Assembly (NCBI GenBank): GCA_951406725.2
Contig: OX597835.1
Coordinates: 40,672,001-40,736,000 of the forward strand
From: Octopus vulgaris
Taxonomy: Eukaryota
Length of the DNA: 64,000 nt
Direction of reading: 5' to 3'
Shown here: positions 36,884 to 50,339 of the stretch, one piece after another
Position numbering within the stretch: the stretch's first letter is position 1
Layout: every line of letters begins with the position of its first letter
Translations under genes and position numbers: made by a program
Notes under the pieces: model-generated
What the model saw: only the letters and a program-made list of their open reading frames with translations
Told to the model about the DNA's origin: nothing
Database searches by the model: none

Positions 36884-39800
36884 AATAAAAAATCTGACCT
36901 ATACAAGCATGGAGAAGTGAACTTTAAATGATAATAATGAAGATGATAAGCTAATTCTGCAACAGACAAAATGTCATTTAGGATGAATGGACTTTAAAAG
37001 AATATATAGAATAGTGGATGGAATGCCATGTAAAGATGATGGATTGGCAAAAATCCATTTGGATTAGAATTTGAACTCCGAACATAGAGATGGATGATGT
37101 GCCACCAACAATTTTGTCCAATGTGTTAACAATTCTGCCAGTTTGCCACCTTGATAATTATGGTTTCAAATTTTGGCACAAGGCCAGCAAATTCAAGAGA
37201 AGGAGTAAGTTAATTACACTGACCCCCCCCCCCCCACCGCTCAACTGGTACTTGTTTTACCCACCCCGAAAGAATGAGAGGCAAAGTCGACTTTGGTGGA
37301 ATTTCAACTCAGAAGATAAAGATGGAAGAAATGTTGAAGAAATGATGGAGAGTATGGAGTTAGAGGGGAGGTGATGAAGTGGCAGGTTCTGTGGAACAGC
37401 AGACAGGTTGTCATGTTGGAACAATAGACAGGAAGAACCAATAGGGCCATAACTGACATACCTTACAGGTATATGAAGTCATACCTCAATACAAAGGCGG
37501 CGAGCTGGCAGAATCGTAAGCACGCCAGGCGAAATGCTTAGCAGTATTTCATCTGCCACTTTGTTTTGAGTTCAAATTCCGCCGAGGTCGACTTTCCTTT
37601 CATCCTTTCGGGGTCAATTAAATAAGTACTAGTTACACACTAGGGTCGATATAATCGACTTAATCTGTCTGTCTGTGTTTGTTTGTCCTCTCTGTGTTGT
37701 CCTCTTGTGGATAGTAAAGATATAGGTATTTCGTCTGCCGCTACGTTCTGAGTTCAAATCCCGCTGAGGTCGACTTTGCCTTTCATCCTTTCTGGGTCGA
37801 TTAAATAAGTACCAGTTATGCACTGGGGTCAATCTAATCGACTTAATCCGTTTGTCTGTCTTTTTTGTCCACTCTGTGTTTGGTCCCTTGTGGGTAGTAA
37901 AGAAATAGGTATATGTAGTCATACCTCAATGGATTGGAAAATAAATGTTAGATTATCAGGTACAACGCTTTGCTCCAGTACTTCATGTTCTGATTTCAAA
38001 TCCTGACATGGTCGGCTTTACCTTTCATTCTTCTGGGATCAGTGAAACAGGGCACCAGTTAAGAACTAATAAGGCTTCTATATAATTGACTATTGCATTC
38101 TTTCTTCCTTTCAGACCAAATGTTTGGCTTTTTGTCTATGAAAGAAATTCTTATTTCTTTCATAAATTGATGAAATAAGCATCAGTAAACCATGGGAAGA
38201 AAGGTGTGAGCTGGAGTGTTGTTAGCTGCATTTCTTCTGGCTATTTACATTTTGAGTTCAAATCCAACTGAGGTCAACTTTACCTTTCACCCCTTGAGGG
38301 CCAATAAAATAAAGTACCACTCAAGTACTTGGGTCGGTGTGATTAACTTGTCCCTCTCCCCTCAGAATTGTTGGCCTTGAATCCTGCAATGGACTGACAT
38401 CTTGTTCAAGAGGGATTGTGGTGACCTTCATCACTTATACACCATGGAAATCTGATAAACCAGCCTCATGAGTCATAGAGCTTGAGTGGGGGGGGGAATG
38501 ACAGCAGAAGACTTGGTTGGTCATGCTTGGGAATCCAGCCGGAAAGTTAAATGATGATTGTTTCTCACAGGAGGAGGTGCCTAAGGACTCTAACCCCAAA
38601 ACCCTTCTAGGATCAGTGGGCAGAGAAAAGGGATGGATGGATGGATATGTCTATTCACTGTTGTTGTTATTTAGCCCCAAGTTAACTCTGAATGAGTCGG
38701 GAGGAACCATGCCTCCCCCAACCAAAAGAAAATCCACACTAGTCCTAACCATCTTAATTTCATACAATGAATATCTAAGACTATATTATCCAATGTTTCC
38801 TTCCTTTAATTAGAATAATGAGGTTTCATTTAATGAAGATCTGGTGGTGGTGGTTATTTATAGCAGATCGAGCAACCACATAGAGGCTCTGTAATTGATG
38901 TATTTAGCTCTGAGTCCGCCCTAATTAGTAGGTATATGACCAGAAGAATCCCAATCCTGTAATCTATTCAGAAAAAAAGTGTATCTAGGATTATATTATT
39001 AAAAGGGATCGTTTTTCTAACACGATAGGATTTCGCAGTTTTTTCTAGCAGTACAAGCAACTGTACAAAAGCTTTCCTTGTCAGCCCGTGTAATTAATAT
39101 ACAATTAATTATGGTATTTATGTTATTACATTGCATATTTAATAACAAAAACAGTTGTCAGATATTTGCTTTCTATATCGCCATTGCTCTAATTATCTCA
39201 ATCTGCCTGTCTGCTTTAAGTTTCCCTACCACTTCAAGGAATTAGATGAAGTAGGACATTCAATTAAACCGGCATAGCAGTATCTTCATCAACTGCTAGA
39301 AAAGCAAAGATGTAATTTTAAAAAGATTTGTCAGAAAACAACACAGCTCCCATGACTTTCGGAAACATTTTTTCACGCTCAGAGTTGCTGAAGCATGGAA
39401 TAAACTGCCTGCGTCAGTTGTTGACTGCCATGACACTGCATCCTTTAAGGCCCTCATGCTTTCCGAAATCCGCCGGAACTACACCTGATCATATATACAC
39501 TTTAGATGAGTTGTAGTGCACCTGAGCACTGTACACAATTATTATTATTATTATTATTATTATAACCAAAAGACTGATAAAGCAGTACCCACAACTGTTA
39601 CAATGGCAAAGGAGTACTTTGAAAAGTAACCGCAGAGGTATGAAACTGGTGGACCAGCTTATGAAAGTAACAAAGCATTTATGGCAAAAGAATTAACCTA
39701 GAGGTGTAGTTTGGGTTTATGCCGTCTTCAGATTTTAACCAAGAGAAAACAACTAATCCTAGCATTTGTTGAGAAAGTCTGTAACAGAGCACCGCACTCT

Positions 39801-40740
39801 GCTGTCTGGAAGTCAGTAAGAAAACTCAATATGTATGGAGATGCTGTCAGCAAGATGCGAGTTAGCAATGAGATCAGTAAAGCAACTTAGCATAGAGGAA
39901 GGTGTCTAGTATGCTCAGATCTCAGCCTCCCATCTCTCATCCCACCCTCTCCTGTGTATTTGGGTTCTCCTGGCCATAAAACAGAGGAATTTAAATCTAG
40001 CTGTCTGTATGAGTTTCTGTATGCTGATGACTTAGTGTTCAAGGATGTCTTAAAGAATTACAGAAGACACTTCCCTGTGCCGGTGGCACGTTAAAAGCAC
40101 CATCCGATCGTGGCCGTTTGCCAGCCTCGTCTGGCACCTGTACCAGTGGCACGTAAAAAGCACCCACTACACTCATGGAGTGGTTGGCCTTAGGAAGGGC
40201 ATCCAGCTGTAGAAACATTGCCAGATCAGACTGAGCCTGGTGCAGCCTTCTGGCTTCCCAGACCCCAGTCGAACCGTCCAACCCATGCTAGCATGGAAAG
40301 CAGACGCTAAACGAAACGATGATGATTCTAAACAGGGAAGTAAAACTTAGAATTAAGAGGCTTCAAAGGACAAAGTTTTAGGGAGCAGGAAAGAAGACAG
40401 GACTGTACCGCCATCAAAGAAATGGCTTTGCTCAATAAACAGAAAAGATGTCAATCAGAAGCCATTGGTACATATAGGAGATGCAGTGGAATTACAGGAA
40501 AGCTAATATAAAAGGAAAAAAACTTTGTTATGTAAGAAATATACAGGAATGGTTAAGACTAAGAGCATTCAAGAAATAAATTCTTTCAACTGCTTGGAAA
40601 GTTCCATAAAAGTAGTTGACAGCTCGTTATCTCATAGATAATTATCCATAAAGGAGCAAGTCCCTAAAAATATCACAGTTAAAGTAAGGGATGGAAAAAT
40701 TTGAAGGAGCTATTTCTTCTGCAGACAACAAAAGGAATTT

Positions 40741-41164
40741 CGGATCTTTTCGGTTTGAACGGCAGTTTTTTAAAATAATTTCCACGTAGCTAAACACTTT
40801 TAAACATTGTATACTGGTAGAATGTGTCTATGAAACATCTTTTTCTCTTGGCTTTATTGAGAAAATTCTATAGTTTGTAAGATATCTGTTGTTGTTTTTC
40901 TTCAATATCTGCAATTTCAACCAATCAATGACGTCTATTGAGGTAAATAACGTTCTTTACCGTATGAATATGTCCCTCGTTTAAGAAACAGATTGAGTTT
41001 ACTTACATTTCTGAAGAAAAAAAAGATACCCTTCCCCCACCCCTAACCAACCCTAACCCTAAAACAGATTGAAATGCAATAGATCGATACTAGGGTTATA
41101 ATTATGGGTGAAAATTTCATATGACACCACTAGAAAAAACTGCCGTTCAAACCGAAAAGATCCG
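40741..41164. mobile_element. MITE with perfect ~30-bp TIRs and 6-bp TSD
   Basis: CGGATCTTTTCGGTTTGAACGGCAGTTTTT at both ends, GAATTT duplicated, internal CCCTAA repeats at 41041-41062. Confidence 0.92.
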
Positions 41165-43259
41165 GAATTTCTCCTTGAATGAAGGGCAGGATAGTATGAT
41201 TTTTGCATAAACATTGTGCTGTTGCATAGTAGCAAAACATGGGTACTGAATGCAGATAATGATGAGAATACTGGGAAGGACCAAAGTGCTTGTGCTCTGC
41301 TGGAGTGTAATGCTATAAATGTACGTGTTAAATGAACAACAAAGTATAACGAACCAAGTGAAAAACTGTAAATGTATGAGTAGTCCCATGGAATGTAGAC
41401 GTTTTTATAATCTGAATTAATTCTGTTCTTTATATGTTTTAATTATTTTTTTTTTATGATATCACCGACTCCAGTCCTAGGATTTATAGGACTAGTTAAC
41501 CAGTTTCCATGGCATATAAGTGACTAAAACCACAACATTCCCCTTGAACAGAAACCCAGCCCATTGCAGGGTTAACCATTTGCAGATGAGAGGACTGGAG
41601 CAACATGACATGAAGTGCTTTCCTCAAGAACAAAATGTGAAGCACTTCTGGGAATCGAAACCTTGATCTGACAATCATGAGTGCAACACCCTATCCACTA
41701 GGCCAAACGGATTCACATAATCTTTAATTAGAATGAAAATATCTTCATTATTGAAATTTTTTTCTTTATTTATTTAATATGGATAATACTTAAATATCTT
41801 TCATTACTGAAATGCAAGCATAAATGAAATATTTGCATTTTCCATAATAAAGGTAGTGAAACAGAAGACTTTGATAATGAGATTGTTTACAATCTGAAAT
41901 TGCATCTTTTATATTCTCCTTCATTGACAATTGACGACAGTAATTCCACAGAGCCTGTTTTTGACAGATGTGCCAAACTTAACGTTACATCAACCAATAT
42001 ATCATCATCATCATCATTATTTTAATGTCTAATTTTACATGCTTGCATAGCTCAGGTGGGAGTATTTTCAGGCAGTTTTTCCATAGCCACATGTCAATCC
42101 TGTTGCCATCTCAGACTTGTTTCCCCAAGTCTATAGAACAACCAACAGCCCAGATGTGTTTACATGGAGAACTAGAAACAAAGGAACACTGTATGAATAA
42201 ACATTTTGTTTACAAAGATCCTGCAACATATTGACTTGTGCACAAGCCTTGACATAGATTTTTTTTTCTTTACTACCCACAAGGGGCTAAATACAGAGGG
42301 GACAAACAAGGACAGACAAATGGATTAAGTCGATTATATTGACCCCAGTGCGTAACTGGTACTTATTTAATCGACCCCGAAAGGATGAAAGGCAAAGTCG
42401 ACCTCGGCAGAATTTGAACTCAGAACGTAACGACAGACGAAATACGGCTACGCATTTCGCCTGGCGTGCTAACGTTTCTGCCAGCTCGCCACTTTAACAT
42501 AGATTTGTGGTGGGCTGCAAGCATACAACACTGTTAGTGAAGCCATAGTTTGCGATCAGTGAATGAACACACAAGTGCAGATGAGAAACATATGAAGTCA
42601 CACACACACAGGCATACCACATGTGCATGTGTTCTTTCAGTTTCTGTAGGCCACATCCACTTACAAGGCTTTGGTCAGACTGGGGTTATAGTAGAAACCC
42701 AAGGTGCCGTGCAGTAAGACTGAACCCAAAACCATGGGGTTGGGAAATTACCTTTTTAACCACACATGCATGCCTGCATATATTAATCTTTCTGATACCA
42801 ACCTGCCCAAGATCGGCCCAAGTTCCAGAATGCAAACTTCCTGTTTTAAAAATATCTTACATTAAAACCTTCCATCAAAATTCCATGTTAAATTCTATCC
42901 CAAACATTAAGGACAAAGTTATTTTACTAAATTCTTCACAATTTTCAAAACAAGGATTAAGGTATGAAAAGTAGAGAGTAAATTCTTCTTAATACTTAGC
43001 TAGTTAATTACAGGTGTAGGTATTAGAAATACCTGAATTGGAAAGGTGTCGTAGATTCAGTAGGATATAGTGAATAAAGTGAAGCTGTTAACACCCATTA
43101 GAGGTGAAAAGCATTCAGCATAAGGAATAACAAAATTCAGGATAAAGTACAGTAAAATAAAATAAGTATAAAAAAAGTATAGAGTGTTGTTAGCATTATA
43201 TGGAAGTATAAATCTTTGAGAGACCTTGGGAGAAGGTCTCCTGAAGGTCTCCTTTTAGC

Positions 43260-43680
43260 AACCATTGCCTCATATCCATACTTCTAGCATAATAACCAGT
43301 GAAGCTTTTGGGCTACTTCGTCATGTCTGCACTTGTACTCTTTCTGTGCAAGACTTGCACAAGCACGAGCAATGTAGGTTACACTTTTGACCCTCTTCCC
43401 ACACATTCTGCAGAGGTTCATTGCACTTGTGTGGTATATATCCCTTTTCACTGAGTTGGTATTCAATGCCTGATCCTAGGCAGCTACGAGCAGGCTTTCA
43501 GTCTTCTTTTTTAGGTCACCCTTGCTGAGCTACCTCCATAATGCTTCCTGGTCTTTTAAGTTCTTAGTTTCACAGTGGAATCGACCATGTAATTCCATGC
43601 GGAATAGAGTTTCTTGTCTCTCATAGGCTAAATCGTGCTCAGAGTTCATTAGCACTCTCAAGTCCATTTTTGATAAATCC
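43260..43680 (-). mobile_element. R4/Dong-type (RLE) non-LTR retrotransposon fragment, zinc-knuckle region
   Basis: CRMCGKRVKSVTYIARACASLAQKEYKCRHDEVA; adjacent to (TTA)n. Confidence 0.75.
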
Positions 43681-45159
43681 TTCAGCAAAAGAAATCATTA
43701 TTATTATTATTATTATTATTTTTCTTATCATTTCATTATATATAAATCCCCAACACTTTATGTCTGTCTTTGTATTGTCCCCCACCTCATTCTTTTCACT
43801 GGTGGCAAATAAAAGAAGTCATTATTATTCTTATTACTATTAAAAAAGAAATTATTATTATTATTATCATCATTATTATATTCTGAGTTCAAATCACGCT
43901 TAGGTCAGCTTTACCTTTCATCCTTTTGGGTGTCAATAAAACAAGCACCAGTTGATCACTGGGGTCAATGTAATTGGCTCTTCTGCTCCCCACAAATTTC
44001 AGGGCTTGTGCCGATGGTAGAAAGAATTACCATTATCGTTAAGGCAACAAGCTGGTAGAATCATTAGCACGCTGGGCAAAATGTTTAGTAGCATTTCATC
44101 TGTCCTTATGTTCTGAGTTCAAATTCTGCCAAGGTCAACTTTCCATTCATCCTTTCAGGGCCAATGTACCAGTTACCAGTTACACACTGGAGTCGATGTA
44201 ATTGACTAGCCCCTCCCACAAAATTTGAGGTCTTGTACCTATAGTAGAAAGGATTGCTATTATTATTATTATTATCATTATTATTATTAATAGCAGTAGT
44301 AGCGTTGTTACTATTATTTTCTTTTCATTATTATTGTTGTGGTTGCTATTGTTTTTACTATCATCATTCCTTTTTTTCTTTACCAATAGATATTTATGGT
44401 TCTACATCAAAATTACTATTCATTTGTCCATTGTAATTTAGCACAAGCAATTGTGGAATCACTGGTTATTATCCATATCTCCCTTCTTCCTCCCAAGAAT
44501 TCATTTTCCCCCTTTCTCTTTCTTCTTCTTCCTCATCTTCTTGTCCTCCTTCTTCCTCTTCTTGTCCTTCTTCTTCTTCATCTTCTCTTTCGTCTTCTGC
44601 TTCCTCTTCTACTGCTTCTTCATCTCCTCATCATACTTTTATCTACTTTGGAATTGACTGTACTTTCTCTGTCCATCTTTTCACAATCTATTTACATTTT
44701 CATCTTGATTTACTCTTTGTTTCTTCCCAATATAAGTAAATCACAAAGCCTGGCAGCTCTGAAGAAGTGCTGCTATGTTTAAAACCACAAATATTACATA
44801 AATTTTCACTTAGAAGTTTTGTGTAAACTGCTATTGAAAGCAGAGTTGGTACAGAAACAATTGTAATGAATCATTAAAGATGTGTTAACGTCTTTCTTTG
44901 TTTTCTTATTTGGATTATGTTCTGCTCTTTGCTAAACCCACAACAACAGTTTTACTATCCAGGATTTTCTACACCTGAAGAATTTTGATATTAGTCTGGG
45001 ATCCAACAGTGTAGATAGCCAAAACTCAGGTAGAGGGCTGCAATGGCAATACACAATCATTTTACCCTCCCAGGACCTTACAAATACACACCACTACTTT
45101 ATTATTTCCCCTTCTTCTAGCTCTCCTATGTGACCCCTCTGTTCAGCATTTGTTATGAT

Positions 45160-45339
45160 AGATTGCTAGCCACTACACATTCTTTATTTTCTGCCCTTGT
45201 TTCTTTCTGTGTTCCTTTCTGTGAAAGAGTTTAGGCTCGAAACATTAAAGACTTCTTCACTTCCTGAGCATTAAACTAATACATCTGTTTGTTGACTACA
45301 CCATCTGTCTTTTTCTCTTGTTTTTTTTGTGAATTCTTC

Positions 45340-45342
<3 letters not shown>
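45160..45342 (+). mobile_element. Penelope-like terminal repeat fragment with degenerate hammerhead-like fold (45215-45250)
   Basis: CTTT-CTGTGAA-A-GAGT/TTAG/GCTC-GAAA-CA-TT-AAAG; 3' part repeated at ~1183-1265; both copies run into (TA)n. Confidence 0.5.
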
Positions 45343-45388
<46 letters not shown>

Positions 45389-45608
45389 AGGTGGTGCTGA
45401 AAAGTTCCAAACTTTAAGGGTATCATGAAAAACCTGGTTGGAGGATCAACCTTCCAAGTTCTTTTGCAGGACTTAGAAAAACTGAAGCACTGCTGCAATA
45501 AGTGTGTGAATCTCAGCAAGGGAAGATGCTGAATAAAATCATAATTAACTGATCCTCCTGTATTTTCTTTTACCCAAAGCCAGGAACTTTTCAGTAATCC
45601 CTCATATA

Positions 45609-46885
45609 CAGGGTACGGTGAATAAATTGCCATCTAAATTATGCACAAATGGAAATAACACTGACATCTCATTTCAATAGATATATTTACCAAAATTACA
45701 TTAAAATGTCTCAAAATACTAAAGAGTAAATGTATTCAATAAAATCACCATTAGCTTCATAAAATTGCCATTAGCCTCCAGATGACTTCGGAATCTCTTG
45801 CAACTCTTCTGGACAGTCCCTTTGTTTAGGTTGGTGATGCCGCCATAATCCTTGCCTTCAGTTCATCTTTGGCATAACAAGGAGTTTTGTTGGTCTCTCG
45901 CTCAACTATGCCCCACACATAATAATCAAGGATTTGCAGTCTGGGGAGTTAGGCGGCCAGAGGTTAGGGGTGGTGTCGTTGCAGAAATTGTCCGACAGCC
46001 ATGTCTGGGTTCTCCTGCTTTTGTGGCATGCTGCAGAGTCCTGTTACCAGACATAGGGTCTTCCAGCAGCCACCCTCTTGAACCAGATCAGCACTACCTC
46101 TTCCAGGTACTTGATGTAGGCCACCATGTTGAGTCTGAGGCTGTGTGGGAAGATGAACAGAAGCATAACATCACCAGTGATCATTCCAAACACCATGATG
46201 CTGACTGGATGTTTGATTTTTATCACTCTCTGTACATGTTTTGGGGACACAGAAAGCCAACGGTTGTTCTGTGTGTTCACCATCTGATCCTGACAGATAT
46301 TTTTCTCATCTGAGAAAAACCAAAGCATGTTCGGTTGAAGGGTATGCTTGAGCTTGTCCAAAAGCTTCATAGCACAGCCTCTCTTCTTGTCCTTCATGGC
46401 CTGGAACAAAAATTGGCCCTTCCTCATTTTGTATGAGGAATACCAAATGTCTTCATGTACTACCTGATAAAAAACTCAGTCACTCCCATGTCCCTGGTGA
46501 TGGACTGGATGTCAATCATGGCTTGGATTTTGCCAAAAAATTCAGGAGTTCTTTTCTTATCAGAACAATCAGAGTGAGTTTTCTGAGCTGCTGTACCTTC
46601 GTAATCACCATTAGACTCATCCAATTCTTTCTGAATCCTCTGCACTGTGCTCAAATTGACACCCGAACACTCTGAAATGTTCGTATTGGAGCTTCCAATA
46701 CAAATGCCAAGCAGTACAGCATGTCACTTCCAAATTACTGGCAAAGTGAATTGCATCATGGTGCTGTTTTTCTCACAGACAGTGCCCAACTGACCCTACT
46801 ATACTGTCAACAAAATCAAAAACAAATAATGTGCATGCACGAAATTAAAAATATAGAATAGCAACAATTTACCCATTGCATCCTG
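45609..46885 (-). mobile_element. Tc1/mariner superfamily element (maT/DD37D-like), degraded transposase
   Basis: Imperfect TIRs CAGGGTACGGTGAATAAATTG / CAATTTACCCATTGCATCCTG, TA flanks; WFFSDEKN..NTQNNRW..KHPVSIMVFG motifs. Confidence 0.85.
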
Positions 46886-48029
46886 TATATATATATATGC
46901 ACACACACACATTTATATGCACTTGTACTTTTGTCTGTGTGTGTCTCTCCACCACCACTTGACAACTGGTGTTGGTTTGTTTACATCCCCTGTAACTTAA
47001 TGGTTTACCAAAAGAGATCAAAAGAATAAGTGAGAGACTTCAGAATAAATACTGGGATTGATTTGTTCAACAGAAACCCTCCAAGGAGGTGCTCCAGCAT
47101 GGCTACAGTCTAATGCCTGAAACAAGTGACAGATGAAAGACATGGTCTTGTATATTGCTATAGGATATATAAACATAAACAGGATGTATACACCAGTGTA
47201 TATAAACAGAACCACAGAACGAATCCTTCTTTGCTATTCCTGTTTCGGTCTTACATTTTACTTAAGAATGTTTTCGCTGTCAGAATAAAACTGTAGGAAA
47301 CTTAATCAATAAATCTCTAGTGAGAGCATAAGTGTATTTATAAAATATGGTGAATATTTAATGTATTATCACTACCATGAAAAAATATAACAACTTCATC
47401 ACCATCATCGTCATTATTAAGGCAGCGAGCTGGTAGAATCGTCAGCACACCGGGCGAAATGCTTAACGGTATTTCGTCTGCCGCTACGTTCTGAGTTCAA
47501 AATTCCGCTGAGGTCGACTTTGCTTCTCATCCTTTCGGGGTTGATTAAATAAGTACCAGTTATGAACTAGGGTCGATATAATCGACTTAATCTGTTTGTC
47601 TGTCCTTGTTTATCCTCTCTGTGTTTAGCCCCTTGTGGGTAGTAAAGAAATAGGTATTTCGTCTGACATTACGTTCTGAGTTCAAAATTCTGCCGAGGTT
47701 AACTTCGCCTTTCATCCTTTCAGGGTCGATTACATAAGTACCAGTTATGCACTGGGGTCGATATAATTGACTTAATCAGTTTGTCTGTCCTTGTTTGTCC
47801 TCTCCGTGTTTAGCCCCTTGTGGGTAGTAAAGAATTAAAATTATTATTATTATTAAGGCAGTGAGCTGGCAGAAATGTTAGCATACCGGATAAAATGCTT
47901 GGCAGCATTTCATCATCTTTAAGTTCTGAGTTCAAATCCTGCCGAGGCCAACTTTACCTTTCATCCTTTCAGGGTCAATAAAACAAGTACCAGTTGAGCA
48001 TTGGGGCCAATGTAATCAACTTATCAGTT

Positions 48030-48492
48030 CCAAGTAATGCTGACTTTTGCAATACATCTAGATTGTAGGGTATTTCTAAAGTTTTCAGATTGGGTAGTAT
48101 TGAATCCAAGGCTCTGATGACAATGGGGATAACCTTTATGTCTGATTCTTGTAGATTCTACATCTTGTCAATCTCAGTTCTCAGGTCTCCATATTTATCA
48201 ACCTTTTCTCTTTCTTTCAGGATGATATGTTGATCTCCTGGCACTGCAACATCAATTATCAGGCACTCTTGTTTGTCCCTCCTAAAGGTTACTATATCCG
48301 GCCTTCAGTGCTCTAATACCTTGTCTGACTGGAAGTCAAAGTCCCAGAGGATTTTTGCTTTCCCCTTTTTGTCCATTACCTTTTCCGGTGTATGTTGGTA
48401 CCAAGCACCTGTAACCTCATATCCATACTTACAACATAGTAACCAGTGGAGGTTTTGGCCTACCTTGTCATGTCTACACTTGTGCTCTTTCT
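48030..48492 (-). mobile_element. R4/Dong-type RLE endonuclease fragment
   Basis: Minus-strand RHDKVGQNLHW..ILWDFDFQSD..RPDIV..IIDVAVP..KEREKVDKY with stops; abuts a long (TTA)n tract. Confidence 0.8.
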
Positions 48493-48497
48493 ACACA

Positions 48498-48679
48498 ATT
48501 ATTATTATTATTATTATTATTATTTATTATTATTATTATCATTATTTATTATTATCATTATTTATTATTATTATCATTATTTATTATTATTATTTATTAT
48601 TATTATCATTATTTATTATTATTATCATTATTTATTATTATTATTATTATTATTATCATTATTATTATTATTATTATTA

Positions 48680-48758
<79 letters not shown>

Positions 48759-48851
48759 CTTTATCATTATCATTATTTATTATAATCATCATCATCATTA
48801 TTATTATTATTATAATCATCATCATCATTATTATTATTATTATTATAATCA

Positions 48852-48893
<42 letters not shown>

Positions 48894-48922
48894 ATCATTA
48901 TTTATTATTATTATTATTATTA
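48498..48922. repeat. (TTA)/(TCA) microsatellite
   Basis: Direct inspection. Confidence 0.95.
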
Positions 48923-49361
48923 TGGTGATTCAAACTCTTCGTTACAAATCAGTGAACCTAACAAATGGGACGAGAGATTTCCAGCTCTACCAGCATAAAT
49001 GTGGTCATGCTCTTATAACTACCTAAATGGGTGATATTAAACCTTTTGTGTATGACACTTAGATGCAGTTTGTAGGTTAAAAAGATTTTTTAAAAGTTTG
49101 CGGTGTCAGCACTAGTAGCACTGATATTGTTTTGACGCCTACTTTCCCATACTTGCATGGGTCAGACAGAATTTGTCAAGGCAGATTTTCTATGGTTGGA
49201 TGCCCTTCCTGTTACCAACCCTCAACTCTTTCTATATAAGGTAACATTTTCCCATGGTCAAACATGTCTTTTCCACAGAGGATTGGAAATGAAGGACACC
49301 ACTTGCCCAATGGTGACACTTGTTTACAACTATCATAGAATATGAAGGCAAAGAAACAGTT

Positions 49362-49440
<79 letters not shown>

Positions 49441-50339
49441 TGCACACATCCACAAAAGTGGTGAACTGGCAGAGTCCTGTAAACATTTGAAAGAATTCTT
49501 TGTGACATTTGTTCTGACCTCTGTGTAGAGGTCAACTTTGTCTTGCATCATTTCGTAAATATAAAAACCAACAGAGGGTGGGTGGAATTGGTGAGATTGT
49601 AAGTGTCAGACTGGACATCTTGTGGTAGCTGCTCTAACTGTGTAGATACACACACACACACACACACACACACATGCACACACACACACACAAACACACA
49701 CTGGGTATCTTTCAGTTTTCTGTTGACCAAATCAACTCGCAAGGCATTGGTCAACCCAAGGATTTAATTATAATAATAATAATAATGATGAAATTATTGT
49801 GTATAGTGCTCAGGTGTACTACAACTCATCAAAGGTGCATGTACAGTACATAGAATTATGTACAAAAGTCAGGAAAGTGAACAGTGTATGAGTCAGGATA
49901 TATATGCGTGCATGTGTATGGAAGGAGGATATCAGGTGTAGAGTTGATGAATTTCAGGAAGCATGGAGGTTTTAAAGGATGCAATGTCTCAGCAACTAAC
50001 AACTGACGCAGGTAGTTTTTCCATGCTTCAGCAACTCTGAGTGTGAAAAAATGTTTCTGAAAAGTCATGGGAGCTGTGCTGTTTTCTGACTTTGTAGGCA
50101 TGCCCACATGTGTTAGACACATGGAGCTCAAAAAGGTGTTCAAGGTGGTTGTTGGCACGATGGTTAATAGTTTTGTGGGTGTTTACCAAGTCAGTTGCCA
50201 GATGTCAGAGCTTCAATGTATCTATTTCCAGAGAAGCAAAGCATTCAGAGCATGGTAGATGCCTGATGGAGGGTATTTGCTTGGTTGCACATCTCTGAAC
50301 AGTTTCTAGGAGGTCAATGTCCTATGGACACATAAGAGG

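Noticed and set aside
41041-41062. Telomere or fusion site
   Set aside because: Only about three imperfect CCCTAA units, internal to a MITE.
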